The position numbers and the translations under genes are program-made. The notes beneath the pieces were generated by a model, which saw nothing but the letters and a program-made list of their open reading frames with translations, ran no database searches and was not told the origin of the DNA. This document shows positions 40,631 through 51,701 of a DNA stretch of 64,000 bases, piece after piece (the stretch's first letter is position 1; the number at the start of each line of letters is the position of its first letter). This stretch comes from Bdellovibrionota bacterium (GTDB taxonomy: Bacteria > Bdellovibrionota_G > JALEGL01 > DATDPG01): contig OY764265.1 in the NCBI GenBank assembly GCA_963668355.1, forward strand, positions 288,111 through 352,110. Direction: 5' to 3'.

Positions 40631-41763
40631 GCTTTCCCCTCCATAACCTCTTTGGCCTTCGCCACCGCCAACCCTTCTTTGGCTTGTGGAAAATACGACA
40701 TCAAACTTTTCTCAATTGTAGCAATGGCATCCAATAAATCTTTAGGCCGGACCATGCCCATATGGGAAATGCGAAACACTTTTCCTGCCAATTCGCCCTG
40801 TCCTCCAGCCAACCACAACTCCTCTTCGAATTTGAGTTGATCCAACCATTGTTTTAAATCGACACCCTTTGGCGCTTTGATGACTGAAATGGCCGGAGAA
40901 GCCTCTTCCTCTGTGTTATATAGTTCCAATCCCATGGCTGTGAACGCTTTGCGGGCCATACTCTGCATGAGATGGGTCCGCGCGAAAAGAGATGCTTTGC
41001 CTTCGGTTCGAAGGGCGCTCAAGGCCACCGCCAGCCCCTTAAACAATGAAATGGCCGGAGTGAAAGCCGTGGTGTTTTTTTTCTGACTCGCGAGTTCCAT
41101 TTGAATGGAGAAATAGCGACTTCGCGAAACCTGACCGGATAATATTTCAATGGCCCTAGAACTTAACGTCACTGTGGCCAATCCCGGAGGTGTCATCAAT
41201 GCCTTTTGAGATCCACACACCAATACGTCAATGTGATCCCGATCCATGTCCAGGTCATAGACTCCCAAAGCCGTGATTCCATCCACCACAAAAAGAGGAT
41301 GCCCGGAAGATCGCAAGCTTTCTCCAATGCGTCCAATGGGATGCGCCACGCCCGTCGATGTCTCTGAAGCTTGAATGAAAACGGCCTTGGTTTGGGGCGT
41401 GACCGCAGTCAACACCTGCTCGACGGTGGCAGCCCTTCCCCATTCCACGTGAATCACGTTCGTGTTCAATTTGTAGTGATTCGTCAACTCCGCCCATCGC
41501 TCTCCAAACTTTCCACCTTCAACCACAACCACTTCGTCTCCGGGAGAAAACATGGACGCAACTACCGCTTCCATTCCTCCAGATCCGCTGGAGGAAAAAA
41601 TCACGGATTCTCCCGATTGGGTTCCGGCTAACCAATTCAAATCCGCTCGAAGGGTCTTCAAAATTTCACCAAACTCTGGAGAACGATGATGGATCATGGG
41701 CTGGGCCATGACTTTTAGAACCTCAGGATGAACAGGCGTGGGACCTGGCGTGAGCAATTTCAT
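40627..41763 (-). CDS. class V aminotransferase (serine-pyruvate / phosphoserine aminotransferase-like), co-operonic with serA
   Basis: 378 aa, PLP fold-type I class V. ATGA overlap with serA. Confidence 0.8.
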
Positions 41764-41769
41764 GACAAC

Positions 41770-43557
41770 TTAACTGAATTCCTTCAGCACCAACTCCAAC
41801 TGCTCCACAAGCGTCACCAATTTCTTGGGATCTTTCTGAGAAATGAATCCGGGAGACGCATCCAAGAGTTTCTGAAACGTCTGCTTTCGCTGATCCGGAA
41901 CTTCGGCTCCCGTGGCTTCCATTTTACCCCGCAGTCGATGCGCCAACACCTCGGCCTTTTGAGCCAAGCGCTCTGCGTCTTCCTGGTCTTTGACCGCCAC
42001 ATCATAATCTTTGGCATTTACGCGCATGTCTTCAATTTCTTCCGGCGTCAGCCCACTGGACATCGTTACCGTAATGGATTGTTCTTTTCCCGTGTCCAAA
42101 TCCCTGGCCGCCACTTGTACGATTCCATTGGCGTCAATGTCGAAACGAACTTCAATTTCCGGCTCTCCGGCTCCGGCCTTTCGAATTCCGGTTAACGCGA
42201 ACTCTCCCAAAAGTTCATTTTCCTCCGCGACAGGTTTATCTCCCTGAAAGACTTGAATGCGAACCGTCTCTTGATTTTCTTTTACCGTGGTAAACACCTT
42301 GGTCTTGGACACTGGAACGGTGGTATTGGCTTCGATCAACCTCGTAAACATGCCTCCGGCCGATTGAATGCCCAAAGGCAAGGGCGTCACGTCCAAGAGC
42401 AACATCTCGGTTTCATCTTCCGAAACCAACGCATACCCTTGAATGGCAGCTCCAATGGCCACAGCTTCATCCGGATGAACTTGGCGAGCGGCTGAACGGC
42501 CAAAGAAATTGGAAATGCGATCCTGAACAAATGGGGTTCGCGTTTGTCCCCCAATCAACAACACATCATCCAAATCTTCTTTGCCCATGCGAGCCATACG
42601 CAAACAGTCTGCAGTAATCTCAATCGTCTTGTCGATCATGGGCTGGGTCAACTCTTCCAATAGGGCTCGATTGATCGTGAGATTGAGATGAATGGGTCCT
42701 TCGGAAGCGTTTTCAATAAACGGAAGATTGATGGCCGCCTCGCGATATTGGGAAAGATCGCATTTGGCTTTTTCACAGGCTTCTTTCAAACGCTGAAGCG
42801 CACTCAAATTTTCGCGAAGATCTACGCCGTTCTCTTTCAAAAAGCTTTCGGCGACATGATCCACCAAGACATTGTCAATGTCCTCTCCCCCAAGAAAGGT
42901 ATCCCCAGAGGTCGCAATGACCTTGAAAACGCCATCCATGATTTCCAAGATAGAGATGTCAAACGTTCCTCCACCGAAATCGTACACAGCCACACGCTTC
43001 TCATCTTTTTTGTTATAGCCGTAAGCAATGGCCGCCGCTGTAGGCTCGTTGATGATGCGCAATACATTAAGCCCCGCAATTTTCCCGGCATCTTTAGTGG
43101 CTTGTCGTTGAGCATCACTGAAGTAAGCAGGCACCGTGATCACAGCATCTTGAACTTTCGTACCGAGATGTTCCTCCGCCACGCGTTTCATCTCACCCAA
43201 AACATAGGAGGAAATTTCCGGCAAAGAGAAATCGCCCTGTTCACAACGAATGCGAATGTCCCCGTGCGGCCCTTCAAACAATTCATAGGGATACAAAGCA
43301 TCGGCCACCTTGGCCTCCGAAGAGTTGATTCGGCGTCCGATAAGCCGTTTGGCGCTGTACACCGTATTCTTCGGGTTGGTGATGATTTGACGTTTGGCCA
43401 CCTGCCCCACCAAGCGCTGCCCTTCAGGTAAAAACCCCACAACCGAAGGCGTAGTTTTGTACCCGCTCTTGTTGGGAATCACGAATGTGCGTTTTCCCTC
43501 ACAAATGGCTACACACGAATTGGTGGTTCCTAGATCAATGCCAATGACTTTTCCCAT
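41770..43557 (-). CDS. Hsp70-family chaperone, short non-DnaK paralog (HscC-like)
   Basis: 595 aa. IGIDLGTTNSCVA and DFGGGTFD motifs with a truncated C-terminal lid. Followed by a dedicated J-domain protein. Confidence 0.8.
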   Translation of the reverse strand: MGKVIGIDLGTTNSCVAICEGKRTFVIPNKSGYKTTPSVVGFLPEGQRLVGQVAKRQIITNPKNTVYSAKRLIGRRINSSEAKVADALYPYELFEGPHGDIRIRCEQGDFSLPEISSYVLGEMKRVAEEHLGTKVQDAVITVPAYFSDAQRQATKDAGKIAGLNVLRIINEPTAAAIAYGYNKKDEKRVAVYDFGGGTFDISILEIMDGVFKVIATSGDTFLGGEDIDNVLVDHVAESFLKENGVDLRENLSALQRLKEACEKAKCDLSQYREAAINLPFIENASEGPIHLNLTINRALLEELTQPMIDKTIEITADCLRMARMGKEDLDDVLLIGGQTRTPFVQDRISNFFGRSAARQVHPDEAVAIGAAIQGYALVSEDETEMLLLDVTPLPLGIQSAGGMFTRLIEANTTVPVSKTKVFTTVKENQETVRIQVFQGDKPVAEENELLGEFALTGIRKAGAGEPEIEVRFDIDANGIVQVAARDLDTGKEQSITVTMSSGLTPEEIEDMRVNAKDYDVAVKDQEDAERLAQKAEVLAHRLRGKMEATGAEVPDQRKQTFQKLLDASPGFISQKDPKKLVTLVEQLELVLKEFS

Positions 43558-43560
43558 ACC

Positions 43561-44733
43561 CTATTTCCGTTTCAGTTCGTCAAGGCCTCTTGAAGCGTCC
43601 AAATGTCGCTTTTCCAAACGCAAGGCGGCTTTGAATGCTTTTTCTGCTCGGTCCAGAGAGCCTGCGGCCAAACAAATATGACCTACTGTAGCATGAAGAT
43701 CCGCATCTTCCGGGAAATACTTCAACGCCTGCTCCCCTACATTTATGGCCTGATTTCCAGAGCCTTTCAACCTCCGGTATAACATTGTAAGGTCCCGAAA
43801 ACACTCCTTTTCTCGAATCTTCAAGGCCACGGCTTCCTCCAGCAGATAAAGCGCTCGTTTGGCATCTCCCAGGTCCATGGCTTCTCGACCTTTTCGATAA
43901 AATTCCTCCGCCCGTCTGCGGTCCAAAGCCGGCTTCAAACGCTCAAAAGAAGTTCGATAGGTTTCATTTTTCGAATCATATTGGAGGGCGGCTTGGTAGA
44001 AATTGGCGGCAGCCAAAAAATTCCCCAATTCTTCCTCCCTCTTTCCCTGGGCGTATTGTTTTTTGGCTTGGGCAATTCGTTCGATCAAGGTGTTTCCAAA
44101 TTTTTGGACTTTGGGTTTCTTTTTCTCGCTCGCATCTTCCTGGGTAGACTGCGTTTTCTTAATGGTTCGATCGTAACTTCTTCGCTTGGCTTCTTGCGAA
44201 AGCTCTTCGTATGCTTTTGAAACCTTTTCGAATAAATCTTCCAGAATTTTGGCGTAGGGCCCAAGAGCCTTTCCAAAAAAACGATCCGGATGGAGTTTTT
44301 TAACATGCATCAAATACGCTTTTTTAATTTGAGCCGTCGGCGCCTTGGGATCGACCATCAGAACTTCGTAGTAATTCTTCTTTTCCAAGCCATCGTAGCG
44401 TTCCCGAAGTTCTTTTCGTAACTCCCTGGGTATTTTGGACAGTTCCGGATCCTGATCTTCCGCATCCAACTTCGCCACAAAGGGATCTCGTTTTCCGGGT
44501 CTCTTGGGTTTCGGCGTCGCTTCCCTTACGCGAACAAAGCCTCCCTCCACACAACGGGAGAGAAGGGCCCAAACCCGATCCACATCAAAGCCTACGATGG
44601 AAGCAATCTGGCCCAAGGTCGTGTGCCCGTCTACACGGGTCAAAACGAAAGCCTCTTCGGGCTTTAGGCCCAGACTTTCGACACCGTCCATGCGGACCAG
44701 TTCGAACACAACATTTGGTTCCGGTCGATTCAT
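43561..44733 (-). CDS. J-domain plus TPR co-chaperone-like protein
   Basis: The HPD motif (KKLHPDRF) is in a central J domain, with C-terminal TPR repeats. Confidence 0.75.
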   Translation of the reverse strand: MNRPEPNVVFELVRMDGVESLGLKPEEAFVLTRVDGHTTLGQIASIVGFDVDRVWALLSRCVEGGFVRVREATPKPKRPGKRDPFVAKLDAEDQDPELSKIPRELRKELRERYDGLEKKNYYEVLMVDPKAPTAQIKKAYLMHVKKLHPDRFFGKALGPYAKILEDLFEKVSKAYEELSQEAKRRSYDRTIKKTQSTQEDASEKKKPKVQKFGNTLIERIAQAKKQYAQGKREEELGNFLAAANFYQAALQYDSKNETYRTSFERLKPALDRRRAEEFYRKGREAMDLGDAKRALYLLEEAVALKIREKECFRDLTMLYRRLKGSGNQAINVGEQALKYFPEDADLHATVGHICLAAGSLDRAEKAFKAALRLEKRHLDASRGLDELKRK

Positions 44734-45665
44734 TTCTTATTCACTTTACCCGATCTCGGATGAGACCGATCATACACCTCTTTGAGCTTTCCCATCGAGA
44801 CTTGCGTGTATCTTTCCGTGGTCTGAAGATTGGCATGCCCCAGAAGCTCTTGGATGGAGCGCAAGTCCGCACCATGATCCAAGAGGTGGGTCGCAAAGCT
44901 ATGCCGAAGGGCATGAGGAGAGAGATGGGTCCTTTTTTCCAGGGAGCGAAGATGTTTCTGAAGAATCAACGCCACCCCCCGAGTTGTGATTCGGCCTCCC
45001 CGCGCATTGAGAATCAGCGCATTGGAGCGTTCCTTTTTCTTGGAAAGCAGTTCCCCCCGTCGATTCAAATAGGCCATCAAGGCTTCCATGGCATACTCTC
45101 CAAAAAGCACCACGCGCTCCTTGCTTCCCTTTCCCAGGACACGAACTTCCCCGGAATTGAGATCCAGATCGGAAAGGTTCAACCCCACCAACTCTGCCGC
45201 ACGTAAGCCACAACCATACAGAAGCTCAAAAATAACCCGATCCCTTAACCCCAAAACGGTGTCTTTGGAGGGGGTGTTCAAAAGCTCATCCAATAATTTT
45301 TCATCGGCCACACGCGGAACCTGCTTGGGAATTTTCGGGCGATCCACCAGTTCTGTGGGGTCATCCTTCCGAATCTGCTGACGAATCAGATACTGAAAAA
45401 AAGATCTTAAGCTGGATAGTTTTCGCGTGATGCTAGTGGGAGATTTTTGACCGTAGAGCGAAGCCACAAAACTTCGGATGTGAAAACGATCCAAGCGCTT
45501 GGCATTTTGGACAAGAATGCCTTTTTCCCACTCTTGCTTGGACTTTAAAAAAGTTTCAAATTGTTGCAGATCGGATTCGTAATTTCGGACCGTATGAGGA
45601 GAAAACCGTTTCACGTACGTGAGGTAATGAACAAACTTTTCAATCACATGTTCAGTACCTGACAT
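44730..45665 (-). CDS. tyrosine site-specific recombinase, XerC/XerD family
   Basis: C-terminal R..H..R..Y context (HALRHSFATHLL...LGHANLQTTERYT). Probable start MSGTEH at 45665; the ORF-track N-extension is basic junk. Confidence 0.85.
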   Translation of the reverse strand: MSGTEHVIEKFVHYLTYVKRFSPHTVRNYESDLQQFETFLKSKQEWEKGILVQNAKRLDRFHIRSFVASLYGQKSPTSITRKLSSLRSFFQYLIRQQIRKDDPTELVDRPKIPKQVPRVADEKLLDELLNTPSKDTVLGLRDRVIFELLYGCGLRAAELVGLNLSDLDLNSGEVRVLGKGSKERVVLFGEYAMEALMAYLNRRGELLSKKKERSNALILNARGGRITTRGVALILQKHLRSLEKRTHLSPHALRHSFATHLLDHGADLRSIQELLGHANLQTTERYTQVSMGKLKEVYDRSHPRSGKVNKK

Positions 45666-47043
45666 ATCGACTCGGGTCTTCCTCCTCTTCCTCCGGCAAG
45701 ATCGGAAAGGACATCTCAAATTCCTGCGCCACTTCCTTCCGCCAAATTTCAGCTTCGGCCTTGGCATGTTTGGCCACACGTGCCCGCCGGGCCTTTTTGC
45801 CCCCTTGGCGATTTTCATCCGGAGGAAGCAACCCAAAGTTTACATTCATTGGAGCAAACGCACCATGCAAAGGTGTTTCCGTTATGGCTTTCAATAACCC
45901 CCCCATGGCCGTGGTAGGAGGTGGAGCGAACACCTCTTTCGACTTCGTCAAGCGGCCCAGAGCAACCATTCCCGCCCAAAGCCCCATTGACGCGGACTCC
46001 ATATATCCCTCGACACCGGTCAACTGCCCCGCCACGAGGATGCGAGCATCGCTTTTTAAACTCAAATCCACGCGGAGAACCTTGGGGGAATCCAGGTAGG
46101 TGTTCCGATGCATCGAGCCCATTCGAACAAATTCCGCGTCTTCGAGTCCCGGAATCATCCGAAACACCCGTTTTTGCTCTCCCCACTTCATGCGCGTTTG
46201 GAACCCCACCAAGTTGTATAACGTCGTGGGATCATTCTCTCTACGCAGTTGCAAAACGGCATGGGGTCGTTTTCCCGTTCGGGGGTCTTCCAACCCCACC
46301 GGCTTCATTGGACCAAAGGCCAGGGTCTTGGGTCCTCGTTCAGCCAACACTTCGATGGGAAGACAGGATTCGAAACATCGCATGGCCTCGAAGGAACGAA
46401 CCGGAACCTTTTCGGCTTGAAGAATTGCTTGCACAAAATTCTCATAGGTCGTCCGATCCAACGGGCAATTCAAATAATCGTCGCTCTCGGGTTCATAACG
46501 ACTCCCAAAATACGTCTTTCCCATGTCAATGCTGTCAGCCGCGACAATGGGAGAAATGGAGTCGTAAAAATACAAGGTCTCTTGTCCCAAACGTTGGGCC
46601 AAATCTTGAGCCAAACCATCGGACGTTAGCGGTCCGGTGGCCACGATCACCAGGTCATACTCCGAAGGAATTTCTGTGCATTCTTCCCGAATGACATGGA
46701 TATCATCCCATCGATGGACTTCCTCGGAGAGCGCCTTGGCAAACATCTCACGATCAACGCCCAAAGCTCTTCCCGCAGGAACCTTTGCAGAGTCTGCCGC
46801 CTGAAGGACCACGGACCCCAGGGCTCGCATCTCCCCTTTTAACATTCCAGGGGCGGACTCCGGAGCTTGGCTTCCCAAAGAATTGGAACACACCAATTCT
46901 CCCAAATCTTCCATTTTATGTGCGGGGGAGAAACGCTTGGGTTTCATTTCAAAAAGGTCGACCGATTGCCCTTGTCGAGCCAAAAAACAGGCGGCCTCGC
47001 ATCCAGCCAAACCTCCCCCAATGACCGCTACACGCGATTTCAT
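45652..47043 (-). CDS. trmFO: methylenetetrahydrofolate--tRNA-(uracil54-C5)-methyltransferase TrmFO (Gid)
   Basis: 463 aa. Begins with the FAD-binding VAVIGGGLAGCEAA. Confidence 0.9.
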   Translation of the reverse strand: MKSRVAVIGGGLAGCEAACFLARQGQSVDLFEMKPKRFSPAHKMEDLGELVCSNSLGSQAPESAPGMLKGEMRALGSVVLQAADSAKVPAGRALGVDREMFAKALSEEVHRWDDIHVIREECTEIPSEYDLVIVATGPLTSDGLAQDLAQRLGQETLYFYDSISPIVAADSIDMGKTYFGSRYEPESDDYLNCPLDRTTYENFVQAILQAEKVPVRSFEAMRCFESCLPIEVLAERGPKTLAFGPMKPVGLEDPRTGKRPHAVLQLRRENDPTTLYNLVGFQTRMKWGEQKRVFRMIPGLEDAEFVRMGSMHRNTYLDSPKVLRVDLSLKSDARILVAGQLTGVEGYMESASMGLWAGMVALGRLTKSKEVFAPPPTTAMGGLLKAITETPLHGAFAPMNVNFGLLPPDENRQGGKKARRARVAKHAKAEAEIWRKEVAQEFEMSFPILPEEEEEDPSRYVRY

Positions 47044-47061
47044 GACGATTCTAATGGACCT

Positions 47062-49371
47062 CTAATCTTTCTTCGTGGAGGAAGATTCCGTGGAAGATTC
47101 TTCGAGCGAGCGTTTGAAGCCACACTCTTTGTTCACGCACTGCAAATGCGCTCCGTCTTTCTTTGTGAATTTCTCGGCCAAATAAGGAGCACCACAATCC
47201 GGACATTTTTCCGCCACCGGTTTGTTCCACAACGCATGTTTGCATTTGGGAAATGCCGAGCAACCATAAAACACTCGGCCTCGACGCGTGCGACGTTCCA
47301 CCAAATTCCCCTTGCATCCCTTTTCCGGACATTTCACACCCGTGGAAATGGATTGGGTGTTTTTGCAATCGGGATATTTGCTGCAAGCCAAGAATTTTCC
47401 AAACCGTCCGGTCTTCATGACCATGGGTGCGCCACATTTTTCGCATTTTTCATCGACTTCGGGCTGTTCCACGATTTGGATTTTTCCGTCTTCGTCCCGT
47501 TTGAATTCTTTCGTGTTTTTGCAGTCGGGATAGCCGGTACAGGCCAGGAAATGTCCATGACGTCCCCACTTAATCACCATCGGAGAGTCACATTTTTCAC
47601 ATTTCAAATCGGTCGGCGTTTCTTCGCGCTTGATATCGCGCATTTTTTTCTTGGCCACTTTGATGGACTTGGCAAACGGATCATAAAAATCGCGAAGGGC
47701 TTCTTGCCAATCTTTTTCACCTTCTTCGATTTGGTCCAAGTCGGTTTCCATTTGCGCCGTAAATTTCACATTGAAAATTTCGGGAAAATTTTCGACCAAA
47801 AGATCGCAAATCAAAAACCCCAATTCCGTGGGTAAGAAATTGCGTTGATCTTTTTCCACGTACTTTCGAGATTGCAATGTGGAAAGAATCGACGCATAGG
47901 TGGACGGACGGCCAATCCCGTTTTCTTCCAACTCTTTGACCAAACTGGCCTCCGTATAACGAGGAGGGGGCTTGGTAAAGTGTTGTTCGGGTTTCAACTC
48001 TTTGAGTTTGAGCTTCTCGCCTTCTTTTAGCTGAGGAAAGAGCAAGTCGGCTTCTTCGGAACCCTCGTTATCCTGTCCCTCAACATAAAGCTTCATGAAT
48101 CCATCAAACTTTAGATGAGAACCGGTGGCTCGAAAATCGTAGATGCCGGCCTTGATATCAATGCTTACTTGGTCATAGATGGCTTGTTTCATCTGACAAG
48201 CCACAAACCGATCCCAAATCAATCGATATAGACGAAGCTGATCGCGCTTTAATAACTTATTCAGTTTTTCAGGCGTTTCATGCATGAGTGTCGGACGAAT
48301 GGCCTCATGAGCATCCTGGGCTCGCTTGCTCGTCTTAAACACCCGAGGGCTATCTGGAAGGTATTTCTTCCCATAATTCTCTTCAATAAAGCCTCTGGCT
48401 CCATTGAGCGCGTCTTCGGAAAGTCGGGTGGAATCCGTTCTCATATAGGTAATCAACCCCACAGGGCCTTCCGCACCTAACTCAATGCCTTCATATAGTT
48501 GCTGCGCCACCATCATGGTTCGGCGGGCCGTAAAGCCAAGCTTTCGAGCCGCTTCCTGCTGCAAGGTACTGGTCGTAAAGGGAGCCGGAGGATTCCGACG
48601 ACGATCCTTCTTAACGATTTTTTGAATGATGTAGTCTTGTTTCTCAAGATCGGAAACCAGAGCCTGTGACTCTTCTTCATTCCCGATTTCGATTTTCTCC
48701 CCATCTTTTTTCGCAAGTTTCGCGGTAAAAGGAGGAGGAGTTTTTCCCAATAAGTCGGCTTCAATGGACCAATATTCCACCGGCGTAAAGGCTTGAATTT
48801 CCCGCTCGCGTTCGCAAACAATCCGAAGCGCCACAGATTGCACACGCCCCGCACTCAATCCGCGACGAACTTTTTCCCAAAGAATGGGGCTGACTTGATA
48901 GCCGACCAATCGGTCTAAAATTCGACGCGCTTGCTGGGACTCAAAACGGGGAAGATTCAAATCTTGGGGGGCCGCAAGGGCTCGCTCCACACCTTTTTTC
49001 GTGATTTCCTCAATCAGGACGCGGCGGATGACAAAATCCTTTTTCTTTCGCTTTCCTTGAAGCTGCTCCGCAATATGCCAAGCAATGGCCTCCCCTTCGC
49101 GATCCGGGTCAGGAGCCAGATAGACCGTTTCGACACCTTTGGAAGCTTTCTTGATTTCATCAATGACCTTTTTCTTGCCTTTGATGACTTCGTAGACCGG
49201 TTCAAAGTGGTCGTCCTTGATCTCGACACCCAATTTGCTTTTGGGCAAATCAATGACATGCCCCACGGAGGCCTTGACCGTGAAGTTCTTTCCTAAATAC
49301 TTGCTGATGGTCCTTACTTTCGTAGGGGACTCAACCACAACCAGATTCTTCGCCATAGTCCGATCATTCAA
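47062..49371 (-). CDS. topA: DNA topoisomerase I
   Basis: 769 aa. TOPRIM plus Topo IA core and C-terminal C4 zinc ribbons. Confidence 0.95.
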   Translation of the reverse strand: MNDRTMAKNLVVVESPTKVRTISKYLGKNFTVKASVGHVIDLPKSKLGVEIKDDHFEPVYEVIKGKKKVIDEIKKASKGVETVYLAPDPDREGEAIAWHIAEQLQGKRKKKDFVIRRVLIEEITKKGVERALAAPQDLNLPRFESQQARRILDRLVGYQVSPILWEKVRRGLSAGRVQSVALRIVCEREREIQAFTPVEYWSIEADLLGKTPPPFTAKLAKKDGEKIEIGNEEESQALVSDLEKQDYIIQKIVKKDRRRNPPAPFTTSTLQQEAARKLGFTARRTMMVAQQLYEGIELGAEGPVGLITYMRTDSTRLSEDALNGARGFIEENYGKKYLPDSPRVFKTSKRAQDAHEAIRPTLMHETPEKLNKLLKRDQLRLYRLIWDRFVACQMKQAIYDQVSIDIKAGIYDFRATGSHLKFDGFMKLYVEGQDNEGSEEADLLFPQLKEGEKLKLKELKPEQHFTKPPPRYTEASLVKELEENGIGRPSTYASILSTLQSRKYVEKDQRNFLPTELGFLICDLLVENFPEIFNVKFTAQMETDLDQIEEGEKDWQEALRDFYDPFAKSIKVAKKKMRDIKREETPTDLKCEKCDSPMVIKWGRHGHFLACTGYPDCKNTKEFKRDEDGKIQIVEQPEVDEKCEKCGAPMVMKTGRFGKFLACSKYPDCKNTQSISTGVKCPEKGCKGNLVERRTRRGRVFYGCSAFPKCKHALWNKPVAEKCPDCGAPYLAEKFTKKDGAHLQCVNKECGFKRSLEESSTESSSTKKD

Positions 49372-50507
49372 GCAACAATCCGCACATACCTTGCGTCCGG
49401 CTGCCTGATGATTGCTCCTTTCATTTCCAGTTCCGTCAACAACTGCATCACTTGCGGCAACGCCTCGTCGACCCGACGGGCTAAGTCGTCTACACCAATT
49501 GGGGTGTCCATGACAAATTGTTCCAGCAACTTCCTGGCCTCCAAAGACAGGGAAATTGAAGAATTTTCATTTGATTTCAGCTTCTTAGCCTTTTTTTCCA
49601 GAGGAATCTCCTCCATAATATCTGCACTGCTTGAAACCAGCTTGGCCCCTTGAGAAATGAGTTGGTTGGGCCAAAAGGATAAGGGCGCATCGATGGGCCC
49701 CGGAACCGCAAACACCTCTCGAGACTGCTCCATGGCGCATCTCGCGGTGATTCGAGCCCCACTTTTTTCTCCGGCCTCCACCAAAACGACCCCCAACGAA
49801 AGACCTGAAATGATTCGATTTCTCTGAGGGAAATGCTCTCTTCGCGGGGGATCTTGGAGAAAAAATTCCGTCAGGACCGAACCCCCGTCCAGAATCCGCT
49901 CCATTAAATGAGCGTGCTCCCGAGGATAGACTTGGCTCAATCCATTGCCCAATACGGCCAAAGTCGAGGTTCCGGCCTTCAAGCAGGACTCATGGGCAAT
50001 GGCATCGATACCGCGAGCCATTCCACTGACCAAAACCACTCCCTCCTCAGCCAAGTCTTTGGAGAGCCATCGGGCCACTCGGGTACCATATGTCGAAGGC
50101 CGTCGAGGCCCCACGAAGCCTAGCCGCACCTCAATCTCACACAACGGTTTCCCTCGACCAAACAACACCAAGGGAGGATCGGGAATTTGTGCCAATAAGA
50201 ACGGGTAGTTCGGGTCCCCATACCCAACGCCCCATCCCTTCAATCGAAGAAGCTGATCCAACTCCCTTTGAGCTTTCCCACGATCCATGGATTGTGCGAT
50301 TTGATTCAGGAGAGCTTGTTCGGTTTCATCTTTGGAATCGAGAGATCGAGCCGCCTCAATCACATGAGAAGCCGATCCAAAACGATCAATCAACGAGCGC
50401 TTCATTCTCGGAGAGACTTCCGAGACTTGCGCCAAAACAATGGAGTCCAGCAACGACACGCGCGTTTCATACGAGCGGATCGATGGACCCGTCAAGATAA
50501 AACCCAA
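49368..50507 (-). CDS. dprA: DNA processing protein DprA (Smf)
   Basis: Rossmann-like DprA core GIDAIAHESCLKAGTSTLAVLGNGL. ATGA overlap with topA. Confidence 0.85.
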   Translation of the reverse strand: MGFILTGPSIRSYETRVSLLDSIVLAQVSEVSPRMKRSLIDRFGSASHVIEAARSLDSKDETEQALLNQIAQSMDRGKAQRELDQLLRLKGWGVGYGDPNYPFLLAQIPDPPLVLFGRGKPLCEIEVRLGFVGPRRPSTYGTRVARWLSKDLAEEGVVLVSGMARGIDAIAHESCLKAGTSTLAVLGNGLSQVYPREHAHLMERILDGGSVLTEFFLQDPPRREHFPQRNRIISGLSLGVVLVEAGEKSGARITARCAMEQSREVFAVPGPIDAPLSFWPNQLISQGAKLVSSSADIMEEIPLEKKAKKLKSNENSSISLSLEARKLLEQFVMDTPIGVDDLARRVDEALPQVMQLLTELEMKGAIIRQPDARYVRIVA

Positions 50508-50513
50508 AAAGAC

Positions 50514-51701
50514 TTAGAGTTTGCTTCGAACTCGATCCCCAACGGAAACAGAGTCTTTCACATCCAATACGTAAGCTGTGGAGGTCCGATCCCCGCTCTC
50601 AACCACCAGAAGTCGACCAATTACCACATCGGGAAGGTGCCGGTCATCGCCAGCAAATACGCCATCGCCTCGACGAACGATCATTAGCTTCTGACCATCT
50701 TCAACTCCGTCTTTTTTCCCAAGATTGAGATACACAAAAACATTTTGGCCGATGAGATACTCTTGATTCTCAGAGTCCACGATCTCACCTTTCATGTCTT
50801 TGTTGACCTCATGGGGCAAAACCGTATGAATCGTCGATTGATAAGGGACAAGTTCATCGCCTCGAGAAACCGCAGATTCATTGTCTACGACAACGGCTTC
50901 CACCGTTTTTTCATGTAAAGCCACAATCTTCAATACGGCTTTTCGGTGAACCAAGGTGCCCAGAGAGCGTCCAAAGAAACTATCCGGATCTTTGACACGT
51001 TTGATTTCATCAATCACATGGAACTTATCTCCAACCGAAACCTTCGTTCCCTTTTTAAAATCAAGGAACACATGATCGCCGAAAATTAAATTCGTTTTCT
51101 GGTTCCCGGAATGACTGATCTCACCCACGATGTTCAAGTCTTTTTCGGCCACAAACTTTGTGGTTTTGAGCTTTACGGCGTTTTTGTTCTTGGCAGGTTT
51201 CACCGGAGCCATTGATGTTCGGGTTTCCGTTTTTGGTTCCACCGTCGGTTCCAACACCGGGGCTTGATCTTCGACAATATCCATTCGAGGCGTGGTCGTT
51301 TGGCTGCCCGACCAAAAAGCCACTTTATTTCCCGGATAAATTAAATGAGGATTCTCAATGTATTGGTTCAAAGACCAAAGCTTGGGCCAGTACCAAGGAT
51401 TGTCCAAAAACTTCTGACAAATATCCCAAAGTGTGTCGCCCGTTTGAATTTCATAAATTTCCGGAACATTCTCTGGCGAAACCATGGTTTCGGGAGCAAT
51501 CGGCTCTACCATGGCCCCTTCTTCGTTGATCAATTCCTCTTCCTCTGAGGGAGAAATGACTTCAAGATTGGAATCCACGGGTTCGGTTCCAGCTTCTGGA
51601 ATGGGTTCCAGAGGGGGTTCATCTTGTGCCCACGCGTGAGGGGCCCAAAGAACCAAATTAATCACGAGGAGGAAGAAACTCCATCTCATCTTCATCATCA
51701 C
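50514..51701 (-). CDS. secreted LysM-domain protein
   Basis: Signal peptide and a LysM motif (IYEIQTGDTLWDICQKF). Confidence 0.65.
   Translation of the reverse strand: MMMKMRWSFFLLVINLVLWAPHAWAQDEPPLEPIPEAGTEPVDSNLEVISPSEEEELINEEGAMVEPIAPETMVSPENVPEIYEIQTGDTLWDICQKFLDNPWYWPKLWSLNQYIENPHLIYPGNKVAFWSGSQTTTPRMDIVEDQAPVLEPTVEPKTETRTSMAPVKPAKNKNAVKLKTTKFVAEKDLNIVGEISHSGNQKTNLIFGDHVFLDFKKGTKVSVGDKFHVIDEIKRVKDPDSFFGRSLGTLVHRKAVLKIVALHEKTVEAVVVDNESAVSRGDELVPYQSTIHTVLPHEVNKDMKGEIVDSENQEYLIGQNVFVYLNLGKKDGVEDGQKLMIVRRGDGVFAGDDRHLPDVVIGRLLVVESGDRTSTAYVLDVKDSVSVGDRVRSKL

Noticed and set aside
42688-43431. 247-aa plus-strand ORF
   Set aside because: It is antisense to the Hsp70 gene.
46867-47835. 322-aa plus-strand ORF spanning the trmFO/topA junction
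   Set aside because: It is antisense to two well-supported genes and has a Phe/Arg/Gly-rich low-complexity translation.
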